From the NCBI GenBank assembly GCA_965248575.1, contig CBDFJQ010000002.1, positions 1,184,001 to 1,248,000 on the forward strand: DNA of 64,000 nucleotides. Reading direction: 5' to 3'. Source of the DNA: Planctomycetota bacterium. Its GTDB lineage: Bacteria; Planctomycetota; B15-G4. How positions within the stretch are numbered: position 1 is the stretch's first letter; every line of letters begins with the position of its first letter. Both the position numbers and the translations under genes were made by a program. Below are positions 54,653-64,000 of this stretch, in pieces. The notes under the pieces are model-generated. The model was not told the DNA's origin and made no database searches. It saw nothing but the letters and a program-made list of their open reading frames with translations.

Positions 54653-55835
54653 CGGCCACCTCCTTAACAAGCGATTCGAGGCGATCCAACACGTCGTCCC
54701 AGTCGTGGTGCTGGCGGATGTAGATCCGCCCCGCGGCACCCAGCTCGTCGCAACGGGCGGGGTTGGCCAGCAACTCCGCCAGGACGGCAGCGCGCTCCGC
54801 GACCCCATCAGCCACCATGTAGTGCTCACCATCAACGCCGTCCAGGGCCTTCGCGGCCCAGCTCGAGACCAAGGTGGCGCGACCAGCGGACAGGGCTTCG
54901 AGGATCTTGTTGGGGATCCCGCGGCCTCGATCCAAAGGCGCGCAGAACACCCGGATACCTGCGAGGGCCTCCGGGATCGAGTCGACGGCGCCTGTCACCT
55001 CCACCGCGCCGGGGCGAGCCAGGGCACGCACCTCGTCCGTGGGTGCACGCCCCATGATGCGCAGCCGCGCCTCGGGGACCGTCTCGCGAATCCGCGGCAG
55101 GACCTCAGTGGCCAGATGGCGCACGGCCTGGATGTTCGGCGGGTAGTCCATCTGCCCGAGGAAGCCCACCACGGCCTCAGCCTCCGAGGGAGCCGGCACA
55201 TCCACGAACTGCTCCCAGGGAGAACCATTCGTGAGCACTTCCAGGCGCCGGGGGTGACCCCGCGTGCGGATGTCATCGGCTTCCTGGTTCGTGCTCACCA
55301 AGCAGACATCCGCTGACTCGGACAGCGCCACCTCCAGAGGCAGCAAGCGCTTGGCCTCCAAGGCATAGACCCATGACCGGGGCCCATGAACGTCCTTCGC
55401 TAGGGCGTCCCACTTCAGCGCGTCCACATCGCACAGGTCCATGACCATCGGCCCGGCGTCTCGGCTCTGGAGCCAGGGACCGGTGCCCGACGAGAAGCTC
55501 CAACACAGACCGTAGTCGTGGCGATCCACGAGGTCATTCAGGGTGCGCTGGACCCGAGCATCGGTGTGCCAGCCTACGGTCAGGCTCTTGCCGGTCGTCA
55601 ACGCCAGACCGACCTGCGCCAGGGCCTCAAGCTTGCGCCGCGGGAACACATGCACCTCCCGGCAGAGATCTGCCAGGCCGGCCCGCGCAGCATCCGCGTC
55701 CTCAGAGGAATCAGCCTGGGCCACGAGATCGACTGGCCCGAGCTGCGCCAGGCGCGTCAGATGCCGCCAGGCGCGAAGCCTGTCGCCCTTGTCAGGAGGG
55801 AACGGTGCCCGATGCGCCACGAAGAGAACCTCCAT
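54645..55835 (-). CDS. GT4 sugar transferase, PEP-CTERM/XrtA-associated type
   Basis: HRAPFPPDKGDRLR, DLCDVDALKW, GQMDYPPN, RGIPNKILEA. Confidence 0.88.
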   Translation of the reverse strand: MEVLFVAHRAPFPPDKGDRLRAWRHLTRLAQLGPVDLVAQADSSEDADAARAGLADLCREVHVFPRRKLEALAQVGLALTTGKSLTVGWHTDARVQRTLNDLVDRHDYGLCWSFSSGTGPWLQSRDAGPMVMDLCDVDALKWDALAKDVHGPRSWVYALEAKRLLPLEVALSESADVCLVSTNQEADDIRTRGHPRRLEVLTNGSPWEQFVDVPAPSEAEAVVGFLGQMDYPPNIQAVRHLATEVLPRIRETVPEARLRIMGRAPTDEVRALARPGAVEVTGAVDSIPEALAGIRVFCAPLDRGRGIPNKILEALSAGRATLVSSWAAKALDGVDGEHYMVADGVAERAAVLAELLANPARCDELGAAGRIYIRQHHDWDDVLDRLESLVKEVAGA

Positions 55836-55846
55836 GGCCACAAGCC

Positions 55847-57517
55847 CTACGTGAGTGCCATGCTCATGTTCTGCAACGCACGCTGCACCGTGGCCGGGAA
55901 CACATCGCGATGGTAGCCGTAGATGTACAGCACCGAGGCCAAGGCCAGGAGCACTAGTACCATCGTGGCAATCGTCAGGACGGACTGCACGTTGCGTGCA
56001 CGGACGTCACGAGCCGTCAGGATCAGGTCCACGGCACCCAGGACCGGCACACCCAGGGTGCGCGACACTTCCTTCACACTGCCGAAGGAGCTGCGGGTCA
56101 GTTCGGCCAGGACCGGGCCGGAGAGCCCCACGCCAATACCCATCAAGAGGGACAGCGCCATGATCATGGCCCCGATAGGCATCACGGGCTCGTCGGGCTC
56201 GATGCCCTGCTCCAGGATCTCGAAGGGCCCCGTGGCGATCAGGCCCGAGGAACCGCTGACGATGCTGGTCTGGTTACGCAGGTTGCGCAGCTGGTCCTTC
56301 AGCGGTTGCACCGCGAGGCGCGCTGACGTCAGCAACTCCTCGGCGTTCAACGCGTCCGCATCCAGCCGAGCCATGTCCATGGTGACGCGCGGCAGGCGGG
56401 TCAGGCGGTCCTCCACCTGATCCAGCTCATCGCTGTAGGTGTTCACCAGGGCCGCGTACTCCCTTTCCTTGGCCTTTTTCTCCTCGATCTGGCGACCGAG
56501 CTGGAAGTAGGCCTCGTTGGTCACGGTGGTGAACTTCACCTCCGGAGTACCACCAGCCTTGATCAAGGCCTGCTTCGCGAGGTCGACAGTGGCGATTGCC
56601 TGCTGGTAGCGCCAGTGCTCTTCCTTGTAGTCAGCCTTGACGGTCGCGAAGGCCGTCTCGGCCTCCTGCAAGGCGAGGTAGGCCGCGCCTTGCTCCGGAC
56701 TCTCGGGAGGTACGGGAATCTCGCGCGTCTTCTCAGTCGTGATCATCTCCGCATTGAGGATCTCAATCCCGGTGATGGTCGACTCGAGTTGCGCCCGGGC
56801 CCTGCTGATGGTCACCAGCAGATCGGCCTTGAGGATGTGGTTGTTCTCGGTGTCCAGAAGACCTGGGACGTCGTTCTCCTGCTCGTACTTTCGGCGCGCG
56901 CTCAAGGCCTGGTCGAACTTGGCCTCGCGCTCCAACACCACGGATTCCGCTTCACTCGCCCGGCGTTCCACGCCCTTGCGATAGGAATCCATGACCAGCT
57001 TGATCCAGGCATCGCGCTTGCGATTCACGAAGGCCGCGGCCTTGTCCGGGGCCGTCCACTGGAAGCCGAAGGTGACGTTGGTGGCGCCAGTCACGTCCGG
57101 GTTCATCTCCACCTCGAGGTTGTCGCGGATCTTTTCGATCAGCGCCCGACGCTTGGAGGGGCGGCCGTGGGTGCTCAGCCAATCGGTCCAACCCAGCTCG
57201 TCCATCACGGCGCTGATGCGCTTGGACGACTTCAACTCGTTCTTCAGCGACTGCAGCTTGCGCGAGAGGGGAATGTCCTCCAGCTCACCGAGTACCGCCC
57301 GGTCCGTGACGATGGCCGTCTCGTTCAGCCGGAAGTCCGTCTGCGACTCGAACTTGTTCGGCCAGATCATGTTCAGGCCGATGCCGAGCATCAGGAACAC
57401 GAGAGTGGTGAACACGACGCGCACCAGGTTGCGTCGGATGGCGGCAATGATCTCCTGGACCGCTTCGCGCGGGTCAGGGCCTTGCTCGGTGCCAGTTGTG
57501 TCGGGCGGAGGTGCCAT
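55847..57517 (-). CDS. Polysaccharide chain-length determinant (Wzz/Wzc/GumC-like, no kinase domain)
   Basis: N-terminal TM, long coiled-coil region, P..PVMP plus TM, LGVPVLG, extra C-terminal TM; follows wza. Confidence 0.8.
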   Translation of the reverse strand: MAPPPDTTGTEQGPDPREAVQEIIAAIRRNLVRVVFTTLVFLMLGIGLNMIWPNKFESQTDFRLNETAIVTDRAVLGELEDIPLSRKLQSLKNELKSSKRISAVMDELGWTDWLSTHGRPSKRRALIEKIRDNLEVEMNPDVTGATNVTFGFQWTAPDKAAAFVNRKRDAWIKLVMDSYRKGVERRASEAESVVLEREAKFDQALSARRKYEQENDVPGLLDTENNHILKADLLVTISRARAQLESTITGIEILNAEMITTEKTREIPVPPESPEQGAAYLALQEAETAFATVKADYKEEHWRYQQAIATVDLAKQALIKAGGTPEVKFTTVTNEAYFQLGRQIEEKKAKEREYAALVNTYSDELDQVEDRLTRLPRVTMDMARLDADALNAEELLTSARLAVQPLKDQLRNLRNQTSIVSGSSGLIATGPFEILEQGIEPDEPVMPIGAMIMALSLLMGIGVGLSGPVLAELTRSSFGSVKEVSRTLGVPVLGAVDLILTARDVRARNVQSVLTIATMVLVLLALASVLYIYGYHRDVFPATVQRALQNMSMALT

Positions 57518-57524
57518 AGCCGGA

Positions 57525-58325
57525 TCAGTAGTTGAAGTTGTTGTTGTTGTTGAAGCCGCCGCGACCGCGACGGGGCTGGCCGAAGGTGTCGGCCAGGGAG
57601 ACGATGTTGTTCGTGCCAGAGACGAGCTGCTGGATGGGCTGCAGCGGTGCCAGCAGTGCCGACACGCCCCACTTGATGTAGCCCAACCACGAGGGTGTCA
57701 TGTAGATGATGTCGTTCTCCCGGATCAGGATGTTGTCCCGGGTAAAGCCCTGAACGATGTCGTCGTAGTCACAGGTGATGACCAGCGGGTTCTCGGGGTC
57801 GCCCCGGATCACCAGGATGGCGTCCGTGTCGACCACGTTCTCGTCGATGTTGGCCCCCACCACGACGTCCAGGAGCGTGGTGTCCCCGGCGAAGGGGATC
57901 GAGCGCGGCGAGAACGGCGGTGCACCCGTGATGTAGAACTTCTTCGACGTGATGGCCGAGACCCGCACGAGTAGGTTCGAGGTGTCGGTGTACAGGTGCC
58001 CGTAGCGCTGGCGCACCACCTCGGTGGCCTCGTCCGGCGTGAGGCCGTTGATGTAGACCTCGCCGACATCGGGCAGCGTGATGGTGCCGTCCATGCGCAC
58101 CTTCTCGGTCACGCCGTTCAGCTCACGGTAGATGTTGCTCTGGAGCACCACGCCGTCACCGATGCCGATGTAGTAGCGGCGGTTGGCATCCTGCGTCGGG
58201 CGGCCGAAGCCACGCTGGTTGAGCACCTGCAACACCCGCGCATCGTCGGTCGTCTGACATGCGGGAAGGCAGAGTCCCGCGACAAGTGCGACCACGCACG
58301 CACCAAGTCGACCTGCAGCTGTCAT
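57525..58325 (-). CDS. wza: Polysaccharide export outer-membrane lipoprotein
   Basis: Lipobox LPA-C; YYIGIGD, VRMDGTITLPDVGEVYINGLT, NILIRENDIIY; C-terminal amphipathic helix. Confidence 0.85.
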   Translation of the reverse strand: MTAAGRLGACVVALVAGLCLPACQTTDDARVLQVLNQRGFGRPTQDANRRYYIGIGDGVVLQSNIYRELNGVTEKVRMDGTITLPDVGEVYINGLTPDEATEVVRQRYGHLYTDTSNLLVRVSAITSKKFYITGAPPFSPRSIPFAGDTTLLDVVVGANIDENVVDTDAILVIRGDPENPLVITCDYDDIVQGFTRDNILIRENDIIYMTPSWLGYIKWGVSALLAPLQPIQQLVSGTNNIVSLADTFGQPRRGRGGFNNNNNFNY

Positions 58326-58463
58326 CGAGCGCTCTCCTGTGCATCGACCCATCAAGGTCGATCGAATCGAAGCCAAACCGGGCCCAAGAACGGAGGTTTC
58401 GCCGAAACGAGACTCCGGTCATGTCCTACGGGGATATCGGCCGTGGGCTGGCAAAAATCCAGC

Positions 58464-59483
58464 CTAAACGCTGATGCGTCCGCCGTACTGGCTCTCGTAG
58501 TAGTCCCGGTAGGCACCGGAGCGCACTCTCTCCCACCAACTACGGTTGTCGAGGTACCACTGGACCGTCTCCGGCAGGGCCTCCTCAAAGCGCCTCGCGG
58601 GCTCCCAACCGAGGTCCTTCTTGATGCGACTGGCGTCGATGGCGTAGCGACGGTCGTGCCCGGCTCGATCCTCGACATATTCGATCAGGTCTTCGGATTT
58701 TCCGAGAATCGACAGCAGCAACTGGACCACATCGATATTGGGCCATTCGTTGTTGCCGCCGATGTTGTAGACGGAGCCGGGATCGGCCTTCTCGAAGACG
58801 GTCCAAATGGCCGTGCAGTGGTCCGACACATGCAGCCAATCGCGGATCTGCATCCCGTCCCCATAAACGGGCAGCTTCTTGCCCTCGAAGGCGTTGGCGA
58901 TCATCAGCGGGATCAGCTTTTCGGGGAATTGCAGGGCCCCGTAATTATTCGAGCAGCGGGTGATGACCGCGTTGTAGCCGTGGGTCTTGTACGCGGCCCG
59001 CACCAGCATGTCCGCAGAGGCCTTGCTCGCCGCGTAGGGTGAGTTGGGCGCCAGGGGGGTTTCCTCAGTGAAGAGCCCAGTCTTGCCGAGCGCGCCGTAG
59101 ACCTCATCGGTCGACACCTGCAGATAGCGAGGCACGGCGTGCCGCCGCGCCACATCGAGCAGCACCTGGGTGCCGAGGATGTTGTTCCGGACGAAGGGCG
59201 TGGCATCCAGGATCGAGCGGTCGACGTGGCTCTCCGCCGCGAAGTGCAGCACACCGTCGAAGCTGTGCTCTCCGAACAGCTTGTCCATCGCCGCGACGTC
59301 CGAGACGTCCCCCTTCACGAAGACGTGCCCGTCATCCCCTTCCAGGGGCTTCAGGTTCTCGAGGTTGCCCGCGTACGTCAGCAGGTCGAGGTTCACGATG
59401 GTGACGTCCGGCCGGGTCGCCCGCAGCCAGAGCACGAAGTTGGAGCCGATGAAGCCGGCACCGCCGGTCACGAGAATCTTCAT
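58464..59483 (-). CDS. rmlB: dTDP-glucose 4,6-dehydratase
   Basis: GGAGFIG, LTYAGN, FAAESHVDRS, STDEVYG, PNSPYAASK, QFPEKLIP, GHDRRY. Confidence 0.96.
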   Translation of the reverse strand: MKILVTGGAGFIGSNFVLWLRATRPDVTIVNLDLLTYAGNLENLKPLEGDDGHVFVKGDVSDVAAMDKLFGEHSFDGVLHFAAESHVDRSILDATPFVRNNILGTQVLLDVARRHAVPRYLQVSTDEVYGALGKTGLFTEETPLAPNSPYAASKASADMLVRAAYKTHGYNAVITRCSNNYGALQFPEKLIPLMIANAFEGKKLPVYGDGMQIRDWLHVSDHCTAIWTVFEKADPGSVYNIGGNNEWPNIDVVQLLLSILGKSEDLIEYVEDRAGHDRRYAIDASRIKKDLGWEPARRFEEALPETVQWYLDNRSWWERVRSGAYRDYYESQYGGRISV

Positions 59484-59555
59484 GAAGTCACCTGCATTGG
59501 TACTGGGGTTGTCACGTGGGTCCGGGGATGCATCGGACCTGAGGTCGGTCGAGGC

Positions 59556-60473
59556 TTACGCGGGGGTCGCATTGTTCGTCCTGGGGCGCCGCTCGAGGTA
59601 GGTGCTCAGGGCGTCCTGCCAACTTGGAATCTCGACCCCGAGGGCTGCCCGCAGCTTGTCCGTGCTGAGCACACCGCGTGCGGGTCGCGTCGCCGGCCGG
59701 GGAAACTCCGAGGTGGGAATGGGGTCCACGCGCACGTCCACCCCGACCTGCTTGAAGACCTCCACGGCGAAGTCGTACCAGGAACAGGCCCCCGCGTTGG
59801 CCGCGTGGTAGATGCCCGCTGCCGGCCGCTGGAGGATGATCCCCCACAGCAAGCTGGCCAGGGAATCGGTGGACGTTGGGCTGCCCACCTGGTCGTCGAC
59901 GACGCGCAGGACGTCGTGCTCCGCCGCCAGGCGCAACATGGTCTCGACGAAGTTCGGCCCATTCAACCCATAGAGCCACTGGGTGCGAACGACCCAGTGC
60001 ACACCACCGGCTGCCTGGACGGCCTGTTCTCCCGCCAGTTTGCTGCGCCCGTAGGCGGACAGCGGGTTGGTGACGTCACCCTCGACATAGCAGCCGGGGG
60101 CAGGGATGGCGCCATCGAAGACGTAGTCCGTCGAGATGTGGAGCAGCGGAATCGAACGCGCCGCGCAGGCCTCGGCCAGGACGCTGGCCCCCGTGCCGTT
60201 GACAGCCAGCGCCTGCGCCTCGTGCTCCTCGCAGGCGTCCACCTGCGTGAAGGCCGAGCAATTCACCACGGCATCCAAGGCCTGCCCGTCAGAGCCCTGC
60301 GCATCGAGGCAAGCATCAACGCTCTCTCGACGCGTGATGTCCATCTCCGGCAGATCCACCCAGAGGCCAGTCACATGGGCCGGCTTCTGGGACTGCATGG
60401 AATGCCCAAGCATCCCGGCGGCGCCGCTGACGAGCACGCGCTGAGGCGTGACAGAGTGGTTCGAACTTGCCAT
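59556..60473 (-). CDS. rmlD: dTDP-4-dehydrorhamnose reductase
   Basis: GAAGMLG, AFTQVDACE, HISTDYVFDG, YGRSKLAGE, DDQVGSPT. Confidence 0.94.
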   Translation of the reverse strand: MASSNHSVTPQRVLVSGAAGMLGHSMQSQKPAHVTGLWVDLPEMDITRRESVDACLDAQGSDGQALDAVVNCSAFTQVDACEEHEAQALAVNGTGASVLAEACAARSIPLLHISTDYVFDGAIPAPGCYVEGDVTNPLSAYGRSKLAGEQAVQAAGGVHWVVRTQWLYGLNGPNFVETMLRLAAEHDVLRVVDDQVGSPTSTDSLASLLWGIILQRPAAGIYHAANAGACSWYDFAVEVFKQVGVDVRVDPIPTSEFPRPATRPARGVLSTDKLRAALGVEIPSWQDALSTYLERRPRTNNATPA

Positions 60474-60474
60474 G

Positions 60475-61203
60475 TCAGCCGGCCTTGTTCGCACCGCCCT
60501 CGGCGACGAGCTTGCTGGCATTCAACAGGCTCTCGAAGGTCCCGGCGTCCGTCCACCAGCCGTCGAGCTCTCCGTAGAACATGTCGCCGCGCTTGATGTA
60601 GGCGTTGTTCACGTCGGTGATCTCGAGCTCCCCACGGCCGGACGGCTTGAGCGTCTCGATGATCTGGAACACGCTGCTGTCGTACATGTAGATGCCGATG
60701 ACTGCCATGTTGGACGGCGGGTCCTTCGGCTTCTCGATGATCGTCTCGATGCGATCTCCATCGCGCACGGCTACGCCAAAGCGCTCCGGGTCGTGGACTT
60801 CCTTGAGCAGGATGCAGGCCCCATGGCCGCGCTTGTTGAAGGTCTCGACGGTCTCGCGGATGTTTCCTTCGATGATGTTGTCGCCCAGGATCACGCAGAT
60901 GGACTCGTCGCCAGCGAAGCGGGCAGCCAAGCGCAGGGCTGCAGCGATCCCCCCCTCTCCACGCTGGTAGGCGTAGTTCAGGTTCACACCCAACTCGTCG
61001 CCGTTCTCGAGCAACCGCAAGAAGTCACCCGCACTGTTCCCACCCGTCACGATCAGGATGTCATCGATGCCTGCGTTCTTCAGGCACTCGATGGGGTAAT
61101 AGATCATGGGACGGTCAAAGACCGGCAGCAGATGCTTGTTCGTGATCTTGGTCAGTGGCATCAGGCGGGAGCCCAAGCCACCGGCGAGGATAACGCCCTT
61201 CAT
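60475..61203 (-). CDS. rmlA: Glucose-1-phosphate thymidylyltransferase (short, SpsI-like)
   Basis: ILAGGLGSRL, NKHLLPV, ILGDN, EKP, KPSGRGELEITD, WTDAGT. Confidence 0.9.
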   Translation of the reverse strand: MKGVILAGGLGSRLMPLTKITNKHLLPVFDRPMIYYPIECLKNAGIDDILIVTGGNSAGDFLRLLENGDELGVNLNYAYQRGEGGIAAALRLAARFAGDESICVILGDNIIEGNIRETVETFNKRGHGACILLKEVHDPERFGVAVRDGDRIETIIEKPKDPPSNMAVIGIYMYDSSVFQIIETLKPSGRGELEITDVNNAYIKRGDMFYGELDGWWTDAGTFESLLNASKLVAEGGANKAG

Positions 61204-61352
61204 GGGTCGTGCCTCTCAGTGGTTGCGGAGTCGGGGGAGGAAACAGTTGAGCTGAGCCGGCCACGACAAGCGAGCGAACACACCCGTTGCCGTCCATCGC
61301 AAAAGGCTGCCCACTGCTGCCGAGGCGGCTCCACAAGACCATGGGAGAGGTT

Positions 61353-62294
61353 CTAGCTGGCCACCGGCGGGGCAGAACGATACCACGCGACCGTGGAGTC
61401 GAGTCCGGTGGCCACCGAAACCGAGGGCTCGAAGCCCAGGATTTCACGCGCCCTCTGGGACTCGGCCATCGAATGGCGGATGTCGCCGGCCCGGGTGGGG
61501 CCGTGCAGGGTCTCGAGTTGCGGATGTCCACAAGCCTTGCGGATGTGATCCCAAATGGTCAGCAGGTCTATCGACTGACCCCAGCCGATGTTCATCACCT
61601 GGCCGTCGCCACGGGGCAGGTCCACCGCGAGCAGGTTCGCTCGCACCACATCGCCCACATAGGTGAAGTCCCGGCTCTGCTTGCCGTCCCCGTGGATGGT
61701 CGGACTGCGCCCCTCGAGTGCGTGCGTGACGAAGATCGAGATGACGCCGGAGTACGCGGAGCCCGGATCCTGCCGAGGCCCGAACACGTTGAAATAGCGC
61801 AGACACACCGTGTCCACGCCGTAGAGCTTCGGGGCCATACGGAACAGGTGCTCCGCCGCCAGCTTGTTCAAGCCGTAGGGCGACATGGGCTCCTCGCGGC
61901 GACTCTCGCTCGCGGCGCCCTCGACCTCGTCGCCGTAGACCGCCGAGGTGCTCGAGTACACGATGCGCCGGACCCCAGCGTCCCTGGCTGCAAGCACCAG
62001 TCGGGTCGAGCCGTCCAGGTTGGCGTGGTTGCTGGTCACCGGGTCTTCGACCGAGCGGGCCACCGACGGCATGGCGGCGCAATGCACGACGGCATCGCAG
62101 CCCTGCACGGCTTCCTCAGCGACTCCCGGCTCGGCCAGGTCGCCTTCCACGAGCCTCGCTGGCTCCGGGATGTTCTCCCGGTGGCCGGAAGAGAAGTCGT
62201 CCACCACGACGACCTCGCGGCCATCCGCGAGCAGGGCGTCGGCGATGTGGCTGCCGATGAACCCCGCACCACCCGTAACCAAGACACGTGTCAT
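61353..62294 (-). CDS. NAD-dependent UDP-sugar 4-epimerase (WbpP/GalE-like)
   Basis: GGAGFIGSH, SVARSVEDP, SPYGLNK, LRYFNVFGPRQDP, GDGKQSRDF; ATGA overlap with the upstream gene. Confidence 0.88.
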   Translation of the reverse strand: MTRVLVTGGAGFIGSHIADALLADGREVVVVDDFSSGHRENIPEPARLVEGDLAEPGVAEEAVQGCDAVVHCAAMPSVARSVEDPVTSNHANLDGSTRLVLAARDAGVRRIVYSSTSAVYGDEVEGAASESRREEPMSPYGLNKLAAEHLFRMAPKLYGVDTVCLRYFNVFGPRQDPGSAYSGVISIFVTHALEGRSPTIHGDGKQSRDFTYVGDVVRANLLAVDLPRGDGQVMNIGWGQSIDLLTIWDHIRKACGHPQLETLHGPTRAGDIRHSMAESQRAREILGFEPSVSVATGLDSTVAWYRSAPPVAS

Positions 62295-63265
62295 CGTGCT
62301 GCGCCTCCAGGCCCCTCGGGGCCGCGATACCATTCGACGAAGCGCTGCAAGCCTTCATCGAGGCTCACCGTGGGGTTGTATCCGAGCTCATCCTTGGCCC
62401 GCGAGACGTCGGCGAAGGTGCGCGGAACATCGCCCGGTTGATTGGGCTGCCAATCCACCCGTGGCTCTTTCCCCGTCGCCCGCCCGATGGCTTCCACGAG
62501 GCCTCGCAAGCTGATGGTCTGGGATTCACCCAGATTGTAGATGCGATATCCCTGCACCTTGTCGTGCGCCTTGACGATGCCGTCCAGGATGTCGCCGACG
62601 TAGGTGTAGTCGCGCTCGCTGCTGCCGTCGCCAAAGCAGGGCAGCGGCTCCCCGGCCTCCACCAGGCGTACGAACTTGTGGATGGCCATTTCCGGGCGCT
62701 GCCGAGGGCCATACACAGTGAAGAAGCGCAGGCAGGCGATGTCCATTTCGTACAGGTGGTGGAAGGTGAAGCAGGTCAGTTCGTTGGACCGCTTCGTGGC
62801 GGCGTACGGAGACACCGGACCCGAGACGTCGTCAACCTCCCGAAAAGGAACGCGCTCGTTGCCGCCGTAGACGGAGCTGCTGCTGCCGAAGATGAACCGC
62901 TTGAGGCCGGCGGAACGACTGGCCTCAAGCAGACGGGCGGTGCCCGTGCAGTTCACGTCGTGGTAGTGCGCCGGGTCCTGGAGCGACGGCCGGACGCCAG
63001 CCATGGCAGCCAGGTGGATGACCGAGGTGGGCTGGGTCGACGCGAAGGTCTGCTTGAGCATCTCGGCATCGCGGATGTCCCCCTCCACGAGCTGGAAGCC
63101 GTCGTGACCGGCCAGCAGCGCGGCATGACCGCGCTTGATGGTGGGGTCATAGAAGTCGTTGAAGTTGTCGAGCCCAACCACCTCGTCGCCACGCGACAGC
63201 AGTTGCTCGCACAAGTGGCTGCCGATGAACCCGGCAGCGCCCGTCACCAAGATGCGGTTGCCCAT
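62291..63265 (-). CDS. UDP-glucuronate 4-epimerase-like SDR
   Basis: GAAGFIG, HLAAMAGVRPS, SPYAATK, LRFFTVYGPRQRPEMA, QPGDV. Confidence 0.88.
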   Translation of the reverse strand: MGNRILVTGAAGFIGSHLCEQLLSRGDEVVGLDNFNDFYDPTIKRGHAALLAGHDGFQLVEGDIRDAEMLKQTFASTQPTSVIHLAAMAGVRPSLQDPAHYHDVNCTGTARLLEASRSAGLKRFIFGSSSSVYGGNERVPFREVDDVSGPVSPYAATKRSNELTCFTFHHLYEMDIACLRFFTVYGPRQRPEMAIHKFVRLVEAGEPLPCFGDGSSERDYTYVGDILDGIVKAHDKVQGYRIYNLGESQTISLRGLVEAIGRATGKEPRVDWQPNQPGDVPRTFADVSRAKDELGYNPTVSLDEGLQRFVEWYRGPEGPGGAAR

Positions 63266-63272
63266 GATCTGA

Positions 63273-64000
<728 letters not shown>

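Noticed and set aside
57528..57554. AAC microsatellite as a phase-variation switch
   Set aside because: It is a short in-frame triplet run at the extreme 3' end of wza, so slippage would not switch expression.

Overview
A 64 kb GC-rich, gene-dense bacterial chromosomal segment. It is probably from an uncultured Planctomycetota-like diderm; this is inferred from protein style (DUF1573, HEAT/TPR lipoproteins, HD-type CCA enzyme, sulfatase-like protein), not proven. I see no rRNA, tRNA, CRISPR array or mobile element. The left half is mostly housekeeping: purM (partial), NUDIX, dxr-rseP-UbiA, CCA-adding enzyme, YmfF/YmfH-like M16 pair-miaA, BtpA-pcnB, NAD kinase with an EboF-like enzyme, tyrS, rpsA. 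It also holds a coupled radical SAM-GT9-radical SAM-TMTC-like GT-C operon, a DUF1573/sulfatase pair, and a degenerate GGDEF gene preceded by a promoter-hairpin-terminator unit (candidate sRNA or attenuator). The right half has an LpxH-Cmk fusion, gmhA/gmhB, and a large minus-strand exosortase-A/PEP-CTERM-type surface polysaccharide locus. That locus runs glmS (partial), two epimerases, rmlA-rmlD-rmlB, wza, Wzz/Wzc-like, GTs, O-antigen-ligase-like, asnB-type amidotransferase, deacetylase, two GT2s, GT-C and FemAB-like. It is interrupted by an opposite-strand pseudo-histidine-kinase plus 1456-aa TPR gene pair. Strongest novelty candidates: (1) a poly(A) polymerase with an RNase E-like disordered scaffold tail, (2) the rSAM/GT9/TMTC glycan-tailoring operon, (3) the ~160-nt C-rich-loop RNA, (4) the LpxH-Cmk fusion. 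All calls come from motif recognition by eye; no database searches were run, and several start codons were re-chosen using RBS and gene-overlap logic.
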